Source: Burkholderiales bacterium (GTDB lineage Bacteria > Pseudomonadota > Gammaproteobacteria > Burkholderiales > JAEUOS01). From it: DNA of 64,000 nt. The position numbers and the translations under genes were made by a program. Numbering within the stretch: the stretch's first letter is position 1; the number at the start of each line of letters is the position of its first letter. This document shows positions 1 through 9,558 of this stretch, one piece after another. The stretch is from assembly GCA_965279115.1 (NCBI GenBank), contig OZ257137.1, forward strand, positions 1,206,587 through 1,270,586, given 5' to 3'. The notes under the pieces are model-generated. The model was not told the DNA's origin and did not search any database. It saw only the letters and a program-made list of their open reading frames with translations.

Positions 1-1
1 T

Positions 2-574
2 CTTGAGCACGGCACTCGGCAGAAGTTGCGCGAGTTCGGTGCCCTGCAGGATGCGCATGCCGTGGTCGGTGGCGAAACGACGCGCGCCGTCCGAGACCCT
101 TCCGATGGATACCACCATGCTGTCCCACGCCTCGGCCTTGCGCCGCGCGGCCTCGAGCTCGCGCAGGGTTTCGATACCCAGGCTGGCGGCCTTCCAGCGC
201 TTGCATGAGACCAGCGTCGTGCGCCCGGCCTTGACAGCGCAAAAATCGGCTGCGCCTTCGGTGGCCGTGACCTGGTAGCCGTCGCGCTGCAAGCCGGCCT
301 CCATCACGGCGGCGAATTCGCGCCAGGCCATGGCTTCCACCGCTTCCAGTGTCGCCGCCACCCGCGCCGCGCCCGGCACGCGCCACTGCCGCCATGCGGC
401 GACGCACCCCGTCACCACGAAGGGCAGCCCGACAAAAGGTGCGAGCGTCGCCATGTCCTTGGGGAAAATCGCGTAAGAGCCGGCGCCGATGGCGATCGCG
501 ATGCCGAAGCTGATCCACCAGGGCGAGCGCAGCAGCACCGCGAAAAGCGAGTTCTCGGACATTTTCAGTTGCAT
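2..574 (-). CDS. Mrr_cat-type restriction-endonuclease-like protein with N-terminal TM helices; the C-terminus runs off the window edge
   Basis: Absent from the ORF track because there is no stop in the window. My own minus-strand translation from ATG (572-574) reads MQLKMSENSLFAVLLRSPWWISFGIAIAIGAGSYAIFP...MAWREFAAVMEAGLQRDGYQV...DFCAVKAGRTTLVSCKRWKAASLGIETLRELEAARRK...GMRILQGTELAQLL. This shows the W-x-EFE...D...CKRW core typical of Mrr-type nucleases. Confidence 0.65.
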   Translation of the reverse strand, partial: MQLKMSENSLFAVLLRSPWWISFGIAIAIGAGSYAIFPKDMATLAPFVGLPFVVTGCVAAWRQWRVPGAARVAATLEAVEAMAWREFAAVMEAGLQRDGYQVTATEGAADFCAVKAGRTTLVSCKRWKAASLGIETLRELEAARRKAEAWDSMVVSIGRVSDGARRFATDHGMRILQGTELAQLLPSAVLK

Positions 575-640
575 GGGGGAAACCTTGACGTGGAGCTTCG
601 GGCGGCCCGCACTATACGACGACAGGGCGGGTTGCGCGCC

Positions 641-1282
641 TCATGCGATGTTCGATTCCCCGGCCACCGCCGCATCCAGGGGCGTCACCTGCCAGCCCGC
701 AGCGGTGCGTTCGAAGCGCAGTGGCAGGGCATTGCCGTAGTAAGCCGGGTTGATCGCCACCCCGAGCAGGCCGGCCAGAACATAGAAGATCCCGCCATGC
801 GCCACGATCAGGGCGGTAGCCGGGTGCGCCCACGCCTCGATGAGGCCGGCCCGGGTACGGGTGACAAATGCTTCAAGCGACTCGCCACCCGGCGGATCGC
901 AGGTCCAGTCGAGTGCGCGCGAGGAGGTGCCCACCAGGTCGCCGAAATTGCGCTCGCGCAGGCCCGCACAGGTCACCGGGACGATGTTGTGGCGCGCGGC
1001 GACGGCTTGCGCGGTGCGGTGCGCGCGGCGCATGTCGCTGCAGACGATGCTGGCGAAGCTCTCCGCCGCCAGGATATCCGCCGCACGGATCGCCTGTGAC
1101 TCGCCGGTGTCATCGAGCGGCTCATCCGGCCCCTGGAAGATGCGCAGCGCATTGCGCGCGGTCTGTCCGTGACGCAGGAAAACAAAACGCTCGCAGGCGG
1201 GTTCGGCGCCCAGCGAGCCGGCGAGGCGCAGCAGTTGATCCAGGCCGCGCGTGGAGGGGATCAGGAGGGTGTGGGTCGACAT
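641..1282 (-). CDS. Histidine phosphatase family protein (phosphoglycerate-mutase-like)
   Basis: 213-aa ORF. RFVFLRHGQTARN carries the catalytic RHG motif of the histidine phosphatase superfamily. Confidence 0.8.
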   Translation of the reverse strand: MSTHTLLIPSTRGLDQLLRLAGSLGAEPACERFVFLRHGQTARNALRIFQGPDEPLDDTGESQAIRAADILAAESFASIVCSDMRRAHRTAQAVAARHNIVPVTCAGLRERNFGDLVGTSSRALDWTCDPPGGESLEAFVTRTRAGLIEAWAHPATALIVAHGGIFYVLAGLLGVAINPAYYGNALPLRFERTAAGWQVTPLDAAVAGESNIA

Positions 1283-1437
1283 GGGACAGGCTGCGTGAAG
1301 GAGGGAGGAATTGCGAGCGTGGCGAGTGCGGGATGGCCAAGCCGCAGTTTAGCCGCCGCCGACACCCGCGGTCCAAGCGGGTTTCGTGCGCCTTTGGCAT
1401 GATGTAGCCTGCGAAAACAAAATCAGGGAGACGCAAG

Positions 1438-1827
1438 ATGGCCATTCATGGCATGAACCACTTCACCATCCTCACCGATGATGTGGAGGCCACGCGCGAG
1501 TTCTACTGCGACCTGCTCGACCTGCATGTCGGCTGGCGCCCGCCGTTCACCTTTCCCGGCCTGTGGCTGTATTCCGGCGAAACCGCGATCCTGCACGTGA
1601 TCGGCGGCAAGACCCGCGCGGACCTCAAGGCCGGGGTGATCGACCACATGGCCTTTACCGCCACCGACCTGCCGGCCACGGCCAGACTACTCAACGGCCG
1701 CGGCATCGCGTACGACCTGCGGCGCCTGGCAAACGCGCCCGATGGACAGTGGCAGATGTTCTTCTTCGACCCCAATGGCGCGCGCGTCGAGCTCGATTTC
1801 GACGCATCCGAAGCGGCACCCGCCTGA
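1438..1827 (+). CDS. VOC (glyoxalase/bleomycin-resistance/dioxygenase) family protein
   Basis: 129-aa ORF starting MAIHGMNHFTILTDDVEATREFYCDLLDL, a typical VOC beta-alpha-beta-beta-beta N-terminus. AGGGAG lies upstream of the ATG. Confidence 0.8.
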   Translation: MAIHGMNHFTILTDDVEATREFYCDLLDLHVGWRPPFTFPGLWLYSGETAILHVIGGKTRADLKAGVIDHMAFTATDLPATARLLNGRGIAYDLRRLANAPDGQWQMFFFDPNGARVELDFDASEAAPA

Positions 1828-1833
1828 CGCACC

Positions 1834-2619
1834 ATGCGCCAGGCGCTGGTGCTGCTGCTGTTGCTGGGTTGCACCGCCGGCGCTACGCACGCCCGGGAGA
1901 TGGTGGAAGTGCCGGCCGGCCAGTTCACCATGGGCAGCGACGATGGTCCCGCGGATGAACGGCCGGCGCATCGTATCGAACTCGCACGCTTTCGCATCGA
2001 CCGGCTGCCAGTGACCAATGCCGACTTCGGGACTTTTCTCGACGCCCAGGGGCCGCGCGGCACACGAGCAGGGCAGGCTTATCGCCGCTATGACGACGAC
2101 GACGGCGACGCGCGCATCCACCGCGTCGACGGGCGCTGGCGCGCCGATCCCGGCTTTGAGCGGCACCCGGTCAACGAGGTCACCTGGGCCGGCGCGCGCG
2201 ACTATTGCGCATGGAAGGGCAAGCGACTGCCCACCGAAGCCGAATGGGAGAAAGCCGCCCGCGGCACCGATGGCCGGCGCTACCCCTGGGGCAACCAGGC
2301 CCCCGATTCGAGTCGCGCGCGATTCGGCGCCGGGTGGACGCAGACCGTTGCCGTAGATGCGACGCCGGCCGGTGCCAGCCCGTATGGCGCCCTCGACATG
2401 GCGGGCAACCAGTGGGAGTGGGTGTCGAGCCTGTACCGCCCCTACCCGTACCGCGCCGACGATGGCCGCGAGGATCCGGACGCGGACGGTGCGCGTGCCA
2501 CGCGTGGCGGTGGACATGATTCGCCGCCTGAGGAACTGACCACGACGCAACGCGGACGCAACCTGTCACGGGCGCCGCGGGCCGGGCACCACAACATCGG
2601 TTTTCGCTGCGCCCTGTGA
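1834..2619 (+). CDS. Formylglycine-generating-enzyme (SUMF1/FGE-sulfatase domain) family protein, secreted or lipoprotein
   Basis: 261-aa ORF. Signal peptide MRQALVLLLLLGCTAGATHA with a possible LLGC lipobox. EVTWAGARDYCAWKGKRLPTEAEWEKAARG and GFRCAL are hallmark FGE-domain motifs. It sits 6 nt after the VOC gene. Confidence 0.8.
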   Translation: MRQALVLLLLLGCTAGATHAREMVEVPAGQFTMGSDDGPADERPAHRIELARFRIDRLPVTNADFGTFLDAQGPRGTRAGQAYRRYDDDDGDARIHRVDGRWRADPGFERHPVNEVTWAGARDYCAWKGKRLPTEAEWEKAARGTDGRRYPWGNQAPDSSRARFGAGWTQTVAVDATPAGASPYGALDMAGNQWEWVSSLYRPYPYRADDGREDPDADGARATRGGGHDSPPEELTTTQRGRNLSRAPRAGHHNIGFRCAL

Positions 2620-2636
2620 AGATGGCGCCCAGAACG

Positions 2637-2666
2637 CAAAAGCCCGGCACAAGGCCGGGCTTTTTC
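2637..2666. terminator. Bidirectional rho-independent terminator between the FGE-family gene and cspA
   Basis: AGCCCGGC-acaag-GCCGGGCT forms an 8-bp stem at 2641-2661. It is flanked by an A-run upstream and TTTTT downstream, and sits between convergent stop codons. Confidence 0.7.
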
Positions 2667-2691
2667 AGCTGAAGGACAGCCGCGCCGAAAA

Positions 2692-2898
2692 CTACTCGGG
2701 TTCGCGGATGTTCGCCGCCTGCTTGCCCTTGGGGCCGGTGGTAACGTCGAAGCTGACCTTCTGGTTTTCCTTCAGGCTCTTGAAACCGCTGCCCTGGATT
2801 GCGGAAAAATGCGCGAAAAGGTCTTCGCCGCCGTCATCCGGCGTGATGAAACCAAAACCCTTGGCGTCGTTGAACCACTTCACTGTACCTGTTGCCAT
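2692..2898 (-). CDS. cspA: Cold-shock protein, CspA family
   Basis: C-terminal 68 aa of track ORF 2692..3288: [50 protein letters not shown]. These are the RNP1/RNP2 motifs KGFGFI and DLFAHF. Start refined to the ATG at 2896-2898. Confidence 0.95.
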   Translation of the reverse strand: MATGTVKWFNDAKGFGFITPDDGGEDLFAHFSAIQGSGFKSLKENQKVSFDVTTGPKGKQAANIREPE

Positions 2899-3048
2899 GA
2901 CTTGAACTTCCTTGAAAATTGAAAATGGGGCTTGCCCCGGGAGGGCGAAGGTCAAGACGGCGGGGTGATGAAGGGAAAAATACCGAACCGAAGACAACTG
3001 GTACTGAACCAGACAACAACAACAACACTTCTTGAATATCGCTTTGGC

Positions 3049-3077
3049 AATATGGGGACTAACACCCATATAAGCAA
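3049..3077 (-). promoter_or_regulatory. Candidate sigma-70 promoter of cspA (TTGCTT-N17-CATATT), implying a ~140-nt leader
   Basis: The minus strand reads gtcTTGCTTatatgggtgttagtcccCATATTgcc. The -35 is at 3072-3077, the -10 at 3049-3054, with an exact 17-nt spacer. A long cspA leader is expected for the family. Confidence 0.4.
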
Positions 3078-3248
3078 GACATTTCGGATCCGCAAGTCGA
3101 ATTGACCCGGGGCCAGGCTCAATAAACAACAGATTGCCCGCCGAACCCCCGCCACCGCCACAATCGCTTGCACGGGGAACCGTGCCCGCAGCGGCTAGAA
3201 TCGGCGGAACATCTTGCAAAGCCATTCCAATCACGGGAGCCCGACAAC

Positions 3249-4118
3249 TTGAAGCATTCCGCAAAATCCCTCTTCGCCTTGCTCGCACTGGCTGCCGGCA
3301 TCGTCACCGCGACACCGGCCCATGCCCTGGACGCCACCCTGACCCGCATCAAGAAGAGCGGCGTCATCAAGATGGGCCACCGCGACGCTGCGGTGCCGTT
3401 TTCGTATGTGGATGGCGGCCAGGTCAAGGGCTATTCGATCGACCTGTGCATCGCCGTGGCCGAAATGGTGCGCCGCGAACTGGGCATGAAGGACCTCAAG
3501 GTGCAGTGGGTGCCGGTGGATGCGAAAAGCCGCTTCACGGCCGTCAAGAGTGGCGCGATCGACATCGAATGCGGCGTCACCACCAACACCCTGGGGCGGC
3601 AGAAGGAGTTCGACTTCAGCCCCATGACTTTCGTCGACGGCGCCAACATCGTGGTGCGCAACGAAAGCAGCATCAAGAGCGTGCTGGACCTCGCGGGCAA
3701 GACGGTCGCCGTCGCGCCCAACACCACCACCGAGAACGCCCTCAAGATCGGCTTTGCCAGACGCAAGATCGACGGCAAGGTCGTCATCTACAAGGACCAT
3801 CTCGAGGGCATTGAGGCGGTCAAGAGCGGCAAGGTCGATGCCTACGCGGCGGACCAGTCGGTGCTGGTGGGCCTGACGCTGGCGGCGGGCGGCGCTTCGG
3901 TGCTGCGCATGCCGCCCGAGCAGTTCACCTACGAACCGTATGGCCTGATGTTCCGCCGCGGGCAGGTGGACTTCCGCGTGGTGGTCACCCGCGCACTGGC
4001 CGAGGTATACCGTTCGCCGCTGCTGGAAGACCTGTTCGGCCGCTGGTTCTCGGCCTTCGGCGGCAAGCCGACGCCGCTCCTGGAAACCATGTACATACTG
4101 AACGGCCTGCCGGATTGA
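3249..4118 (+). CDS. Periplasmic solute-binding protein, family 3 (amino-acid type)
   Basis: Track ORF 3168..4118. I prefer the TTG start at 3249 (GGGAG 9 nt upstream), which puts signal peptide [25 protein letters not shown] at the N-terminus. The body ([20 protein letters not shown]...GYSIDLC...DIECG) is typical of SBP_bac_3. Confidence 0.8.
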   Translation: MKHSAKSLFALLALAAGIVTATPAHALDATLTRIKKSGVIKMGHRDAAVPFSYVDGGQVKGYSIDLCIAVAEMVRRELGMKDLKVQWVPVDAKSRFTAVKSGAIDIECGVTTNTLGRQKEFDFSPMTFVDGANIVVRNESSIKSVLDLAGKTVAVAPNTTTENALKIGFARRKIDGKVVIYKDHLEGIEAVKSGKVDAYAADQSVLVGLTLAAGGASVLRMPPEQFTYEPYGLMFRRGQVDFRVVVTRALAEVYRSPLLEDLFGRWFSAFGGKPTPLLETMYILNGLPD

Positions 4119-4149
4119 TGATGTCCGCCGCGATCCACGAGTCACGCGC

Positions 4150-4932
4150 ATGATCGAGGTCCGCGGTGCCGGCAAGACCTTTCGTTCAGGCGTGCGCACC
4201 ACCGTCGCCCTCGGCGAAGTCGACCTTTCAATCGCGGATGGCGAGTTCGTCTCCTTCATCGGCCCGTCGGGTTGCGGCAAGTCGACCCTGCTCAACATGA
4301 TCGCCGGCATCATCGCGCCTTCGACGGGAACCATCCTGCATGACGGCCGCGCGGTGAACGGGCCCAACACCGCCACCGGCTACATGACGCAGCAGGAAAG
4401 CCTGCTCCCCTGGCGCACGGCGGCGGCCAACATCGGCCTGCCCCTGGTGTTGCGGCATACGCCGCAGGCGGCGATCGATGCGCGCGTGGCGGAAATGCTC
4501 GCCCTGGTCGGGCTGAAGAACTTCGGCGGCCATTTCCCGGGTGAACTCTCCGGCGGCATGCGAAAGCGTGTCGCGCTGGCGCAGATACTCAGCTACGACC
4601 CCGCCACCCTGCTGATGGACGAGCCCTTTGGCGCGCTCGACGCGCAACTCAAGCTCCTGATGCAGGGCGAACTGCTGCGCATCTGGGAGGGTGCGAAAAA
4701 GACCATCATTTTCGTGACCCATGACCTGGCCGAGGCCATCACCATGAGCGACCGGGTGGTGGTGTTTTCCAGCCGCCCCGGGCGCATCAAGGCGATCGAA
4801 ACCATCGCCCTGCCGCGTCCGCGCGACCCGCTGACGATACAGTTCGAACCGGCCTACCAGGCCGTCCATCGCAAGCTGTGGGATCTGCTTGCGCCGGAAA
4901 TCGAGGCCAGCCGCGCGGAGGCCTTCGCATGA
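4150..4932 (+). CDS. ABC transporter ATP-binding protein (NitT/TauT, SsuB/TauB-like)
   Basis: Walker A GPSGCGKST, signature LSGGMRKRV, Walker B LLMDEPFGALD. Confidence 0.9.
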   Translation: MIEVRGAGKTFRSGVRTTVALGEVDLSIADGEFVSFIGPSGCGKSTLLNMIAGIIAPSTGTILHDGRAVNGPNTATGYMTQQESLLPWRTAAANIGLPLVLRHTPQAAIDARVAEMLALVGLKNFGGHFPGELSGGMRKRVALAQILSYDPATLLMDEPFGALDAQLKLLMQGELLRIWEGAKKTIIFVTHDLAEAITMSDRVVVFSSRPGRIKAIETIALPRPRDPLTIQFEPAYQAVHRKLWDLLAPEIEASRAEAFA

Positions 4933-5753
4933 GCATGATGCAGGCCGGCGCGGAGGCCGCCGAAGCCTTGCCCGCGCCCTTGGGAGACCGTGGCGTCGCC
5001 TCCAACCTGACCATCCGCCTCGGGCAGGCCGGCATCGGTGTGGCATTGCTGGCGGTATGGCACCTCGCCTCGGGCAGGCTGATCGATCCGTTCTTCATCA
5101 GTTCGCCATGGGCGGTGATCATCAAGCTATGGACCTGGAGCGTCGACGGAACCTTGTGGCATGCGTTTGCCTATACCTTCCAGGCGATGTTCCTGGGATT
5201 CGTCATCGGCAGCCTGACGGGTTTCTTCACCGGCTTCGCGCTCGGGCGCTCCGACCTGCTGGCGCGCCTCTTCGACCCCTACATCACCGCGGTGTATTGC
5301 ATGCCCAAGATCGCGCTGGCACCGCTCCTGATCCTGTGGTTCGGCATCGGCATCGAATCCAAGGTGGCGATGTCGGCCCTGATCGTCTTTTTCCTCGTGT
5401 TCCTCAACACCTTCGCCGGCGTGCGCGACGTCAACCCGCTCTACCTGCAGGTCACCAGCATCATGGGCGCCACCTCGATGCAACAACTGCGCTATGTGGT
5501 GTTCCCGTCAGCCGCGGCGTGGGTGCTGACCGGGCTCAAGGTCTCGGTGCCCTACGCCCTGATCGGCGCGGTGGTGGGCGAGCTGATTTCCTCCAACCGC
5601 GGCATCGGCTTCCTGATCGGCCAGGCCTCCGGCCTGTTCGACACGGCGGGCGTGTTCGCCGGACTTGCGGTGCTGGCGGCCACCGGCATCATCCTGAATG
5701 CGGGTCTCAAGAAGCTGGAGACCCGCCTGTTGCGCTGGCGCGGCCAGAGATAG
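4929..5753 (+). CDS. ABC transporter permease (NitT/TauT family)
   Basis: Track ORF 4878..5753. Start refined to the ATG at 4929, overlapping the upstream stop (ATGA). Multi-TM sequence with a binding-protein-dependent permease pattern. Confidence 0.85.
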   Translation: MSMMQAGAEAAEALPAPLGDRGVASNLTIRLGQAGIGVALLAVWHLASGRLIDPFFISSPWAVIIKLWTWSVDGTLWHAFAYTFQAMFLGFVIGSLTGFFTGFALGRSDLLARLFDPYITAVYCMPKIALAPLLILWFGIGIESKVAMSALIVFFLVFLNTFAGVRDVNPLYLQVTSIMGATSMQQLRYVVFPSAAAWVLTGLKVSVPYALIGAVVGELISSNRGIGFLIGQASGLFDTAGVFAGLAVLAATGIILNAGLKKLETRLLRWRGQR

Positions 5754-5760
5754 GCAAGGC

Positions 5761-7485
5761 ATGTACGACCTCAAGATCGAAGGCGGGACGCTGATAGACG
5801 GCAGCGGCGCGGCGCGCCGCCTGGGCGATGTCGGCATCACCGGCGGGAAGGTGGTGGCGCTGGGCACCGCCAGCGAGGCGGCGCGCCGCACCATCGATGC
5901 GCGCGACAGGGTGGTGTGCCCGGGCTTTGTGGACATCCACACCCACTACGACGCGCAGGTGCTGTGGGACCCGCTCCTGACCGTATCCCCTTGGCACGGC
6001 GTGACTACGGCGGTGATGGGCTCCTGCGGCTTCGGCATCGCGCCGACGCGCCCCACTGGCCGCCGCGCCATCCTGCGCACGCTCGAGCGGGTCGAGGCGA
6101 TGAGCCTGGCGGCGCTGGAAACCGGCATCGGCGACGAATGGCCGTTCGAGACCTTTCCGCAGTATCTGGACGCGGTGGAAGCGCGCGGCACCGCAATCAA
6201 TACCGCAATGATGATCGGCCATACCCCGACTCGGCTTTACGTGATGGGTGCGGACGCGGTCGAGCGCGCGGCCACCGACGCCGAAGTCGCGCAGATGCGC
6301 GGCATCGTGGCCGAGGGCCTGAAGGCGGGTGCGATCGCCTTCGCGACTTCGGTGTCGCCGGTACACATCGGCTTTGATGCCAAGCCGGTACCAAGCCGGC
6401 TCGCCTCGCAGGAAGAACTTCTGGCGCTGGCCGGCGCCGTGCGCGATGCCGGCAGCGGCATGATCCACTACAACCTGCTGCGCGAGCCCGACTTCGCGAT
6501 GTTCGAAAAGCTGCATGAGGCCAGCGGCGCGACCGTTTGCTGGACCGCTCTGCTCGCCGGGCAGCGCGGGCGCGGCGGACACCGCGACACGCTGGAGAAG
6601 AGCGCGGCGCTGATCGCGCGCGGGCTGCCGATCCACCCCCAGACCGCCTGCCGTCCCATCGTCATCGAATATGACTTCCGCTCCCCGGTGGTGTTCGACA
6701 CCTGGAAGGTGTTCGAGCCGGCGCGCAAGGCGACTGACGCCGGGGCACGCGCGCGGGTCTATGCCGACCCGGAGTTCCGCCACCAGTTGCGCGAGGAGAT
6801 GGCCGGGCGCGGCGGGCGCGACCAGTATTTTTCGGCCGGCGCCGCGGAAGGCCAGTCGCGCCGGGCCAGCTGGCGGTTCACCGAGGTTTCGTATTGCGAG
6901 CAGCAGCCCGCGCTGGTCGGTCAGCGCCTCGAGGACATCGCCGCCGAACGCGGCAGCCACGCTGTCGACGTGATGCTCGACCTCGCCTTGCTGGACGGCG
7001 CACCGGTGCGTTTTCGCGTCCCGGTGGTGAATTTCGACGAGGACGAAGTCCAGGAACTGTTGCAGGATCCGAACGTCGTGCTGGGACTCGGCGATGGCGG
7101 CGCGCATCTCTCCCAGTTGTGCGATGCCTGCTATCCCACCTACCTGCTGGGCCACTGGGTGCGCGACCTCGGCGCGCTGTCGCTTGAACGCGCGGTGCAG
7201 ATGCTTACCAGCCGCCCGGCACAGGTGTTCGGCATCCGCGACCGCGGACTGCTGGCCGAGGGCCGGCCGGCCGACGTGGTGGTGTTCGACCCGCGTACCG
7301 TCGGCGCCGGCGCCCTGGAACGTGTATATGACCTGCCGGCAGGCGCCGACAGGCTGATCTCCCGGCCGAACGGCATCGACGCGGTCATCGTCAACGGCGA
7401 GATGCTGCCGGCCCCCGGCGAGTCATGGGAGGCCCGACGCCCCTACCCGGGCCGGCTGTTGCGCAACGGATTTGCACGGCAATAA
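5761..7485 (+). CDS. N-acyl-D-amino-acid deacylase (D-aminoacylase) family amidohydrolase
   Basis: Track ORF 5698..7485, start refined to MYDLKIEGGTLIDGSG. PGFVDIHTHYD is the metal-binding HxH motif, and ...GLGDGGAH... appears later. Length is ~574 aa. Confidence 0.85.
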   Translation: MYDLKIEGGTLIDGSGAARRLGDVGITGGKVVALGTASEAARRTIDARDRVVCPGFVDIHTHYDAQVLWDPLLTVSPWHGVTTAVMGSCGFGIAPTRPTGRRAILRTLERVEAMSLAALETGIGDEWPFETFPQYLDAVEARGTAINTAMMIGHTPTRLYVMGADAVERAATDAEVAQMRGIVAEGLKAGAIAFATSVSPVHIGFDAKPVPSRLASQEELLALAGAVRDAGSGMIHYNLLREPDFAMFEKLHEASGATVCWTALLAGQRGRGGHRDTLEKSAALIARGLPIHPQTACRPIVIEYDFRSPVVFDTWKVFEPARKATDAGARARVYADPEFRHQLREEMAGRGGRDQYFSAGAAEGQSRRASWRFTEVSYCEQQPALVGQRLEDIAAERGSHAVDVMLDLALLDGAPVRFRVPVVNFDEDEVQELLQDPNVVLGLGDGGAHLSQLCDACYPTYLLGHWVRDLGALSLERAVQMLTSRPAQVFGIRDRGLLAEGRPADVVVFDPRTVGAGALERVYDLPAGADRLISRPNGIDAVIVNGEMLPAPGESWEARRPYPGRLLRNGFARQ

Positions 7486-7496
7486 AGGAGCCACAC

Positions 7497-8561
7497 ATGA
7501 ACAAGCAACACGAACGCCGCCTGATCCTCAAGGGCATCGCCACCGCGACACTGGCAGGCAGCATGACGCCGGCATTTCCCCAGGCGGCGCCGACCGGCAA
7601 GCTGACCTCGATCCGTTCGACCGCACGCTCCTGGCTGTGGAGCCCCGAGGACTACGCCGCGCAGATGAAACTGTTCGACAAGGCCGGCGCCACCGTCGGC
7701 CTTGCCGCCACCAACCGCGGTGTCAACCAGGACGCCCTGCTGTCGGGCGCGGCGGACGTGCTGCTGGGCGCGCCGACCCAGAACATGCGGGTGCAGATCC
7801 GCAAGCAGCCCGTGAAGATGATCTGCGGCTTCGTCAACAAGTTCGCCTCCAACGTGGTGGTGAAAAAGCCGCTGGCCGACAAGGCCGGCGTGACCGAGGC
7901 ATCGCCGGTGGCCGCCAAGGCGGCGGCCCTCAAGGGCTTGCGCATCGGCACCACCGGCCCCGGTGGCGGACCGGACCAGCTCACCCGCTACCTGATGAAC
8001 CTGGCGAAGATCAATCCGGATCGCGAGGCGCAATTGGTGCCCGTGCAGGGCGGCCCGGCGGCGATGATCGCCGCCTTCGAAAAGGGGCAGATCGACGGTT
8101 TCTGCCTCTCTTCACCCACCTCGGATGTGGCGGTCTCCAAGTTCGGCGGCGTCTACCTGTTCAACATGGTCAACAACCCGCCGCCGGACCTGGCCGACTA
8201 CCTCTACATCTCCGCTTCGGTGACCGAAAAAACCATCAAGGACAAGCCGAAGGAACTCGTCGCCTATTGCCGCGGCATCGCGCTGGCGTTGAAGGCCATC
8301 CACGGCGACCGCACGGCCTTCCGCAAATGGGCCCGCGAATACTTCAAGGACCTCGAGGACGACCTGTTCGAGCGTGCCTTCGCCAACAACGCGGCGATGT
8401 ACATGAGGACACCGGTGCCCACGCGGCCGCAGTTCCAGCGCAACGTCGAGTTCCTCGACGCGGAATTGCGCATCCTCAACCAGCCGGGCGTGCCCGGCGG
8501 CTTCAGGTTCGACGACGCCTGGGACCTGAGTTTTGTCGAGAAGGCGATGACGGGCCTGTAG
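7497..8561 (+). CDS. ABC transporter substrate-binding protein (NMT1/THI5-like, NitT/TauT type) with a Tat-like signal
   Basis: Track ORF 7425..8561. Start refined to the ATG at 7497 with AAGGAG 7 nt upstream. N-terminus is MNKQHERRLILKGIATATLAGSMTPAFPQA. Confidence 0.8.
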   Translation: MNKQHERRLILKGIATATLAGSMTPAFPQAAPTGKLTSIRSTARSWLWSPEDYAAQMKLFDKAGATVGLAATNRGVNQDALLSGAADVLLGAPTQNMRVQIRKQPVKMICGFVNKFASNVVVKKPLADKAGVTEASPVAAKAAALKGLRIGTTGPGGGPDQLTRYLMNLAKINPDREAQLVPVQGGPAAMIAAFEKGQIDGFCLSSPTSDVAVSKFGGVYLFNMVNNPPPDLADYLYISASVTEKTIKDKPKELVAYCRGIALALKAIHGDRTAFRKWAREYFKDLEDDLFERAFANNAAMYMRTPVPTRPQFQRNVEFLDAELRILNQPGVPGGFRFDDAWDLSFVEKAMTGL

Positions 8562-8584
8562 CGCCGGCGGGTTTGCCGGGGCCG

Positions 8585-9544
8585 TTACTGCGCCTTGGCG
8601 CCCGAGGCCTTGGCCACCGGCGCCCACTTGCGCACCTCGGCGGCCATGAACGCGCCCAGTTCCTCCGCCCCGGCCGGTGCTGGGGTTGCGCCATGGGCAT
8701 TGAGCGACTCCAGAACCGCCGGCTTGGCCAGCATCGCCTTGATCGCGGCATCCAGCCTTGAGATGATCGCGCCCGGGGTGCCTGCGGGAGCCAATACGAA
8801 CAGGCGCGGCGAAGCATCGAAACCCGGCAAGGTATCGGCCAGCGCCGGCCACTCCGGCGCTCCCGCGAGCCTGACCGGGCTGGTCAACGCGATCGCGCGC
8901 AACTTGCCTGACTTCACTTGCGCCAGCGCCGGCGGTGCCGACAACACGCCGAGCGCGATTTGCCCGCTCACCAGGTCTGGTATGAGCGCGGACGCGCCCT
9001 TGTACGGCACGTGCACGTATTCAAAGCCGGCCTGGGTTCGGAACAGTTCCATCGCCAGGTGATGCACCGTGCCCACGCCCGGCGAGGCATAGCTGTACTT
9101 GCCGGGATTGGCCTTGAGCAGCGCCACCAGTTCCGCCGCGTTCTTCACAGGCAGCGCCGGATTGGCCACCACGACCAGCGGCAGCGCGCACACCGAGCCC
9201 ACGGCGGCGAAACTCTTCACCGCATCGAAAGGCAAAGACGCATAGATGGCCGGTGCGATCAAGAGCCCGGTTTCACCGAACAGCAAGGTGTAGCCATCCG
9301 GCTGCGCCTTGGCCACCGCATCGGCGGCAAGCGTGCCGCCGGCTCCGGCACGATTGTCCACCACCACCTGCTGCCCGAGGGCTTCGGAAAGGTGGGTAGC
9401 GGTGAGTCTCGCGAGCGCGTCGGCGCCACCACCGGCGGGATAGCCCACAAACATGCGAATCGGGCGGTTCGGATACTGCTGGGCCTGCGCAACGCCGACA
9501 AATGCTGCCGCGAGCGCAAGGAGTACTGCGAAAAATGCCTTCAT
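8585..9544 (-). CDS. Bug-family (TctC-like) tripartite tricarboxylate transporter substrate-binding protein
   Basis: MKAFFAVLLALAAAFVGVAQAQQYPNRPIRMFVGYPAGGGADALAR is the canonical Bug N-terminus. The start at 9544 is preceded by AGGAGG. Confidence 0.85.
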   Translation of the reverse strand: MKAFFAVLLALAAAFVGVAQAQQYPNRPIRMFVGYPAGGGADALARLTATHLSEALGQQVVVDNRAGAGGTLAADAVAKAQPDGYTLLFGETGLLIAPAIYASLPFDAVKSFAAVGSVCALPLVVVANPALPVKNAAELVALLKANPGKYSYASPGVGTVHHLAMELFRTQAGFEYVHVPYKGASALIPDLVSGQIALGVLSAPPALAQVKSGKLRAIALTSPVRLAGAPEWPALADTLPGFDASPRLFVLAPAGTPGAIISRLDAAIKAMLAKPAVLESLNAHGATPAPAGAEELGAFMAAEVRKWAPVAKASGAKAQ

Positions 9545-9558
9545 GATGCCTCCTGGTT

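Noticed and set aside
2692-3288. 198-aa ORF extending cspA upstream.
   Set aside because: Csp proteins are ~68 aa. The extension covers the leader and promoter and has no coding character. The internal ATG gives a perfect CspA.
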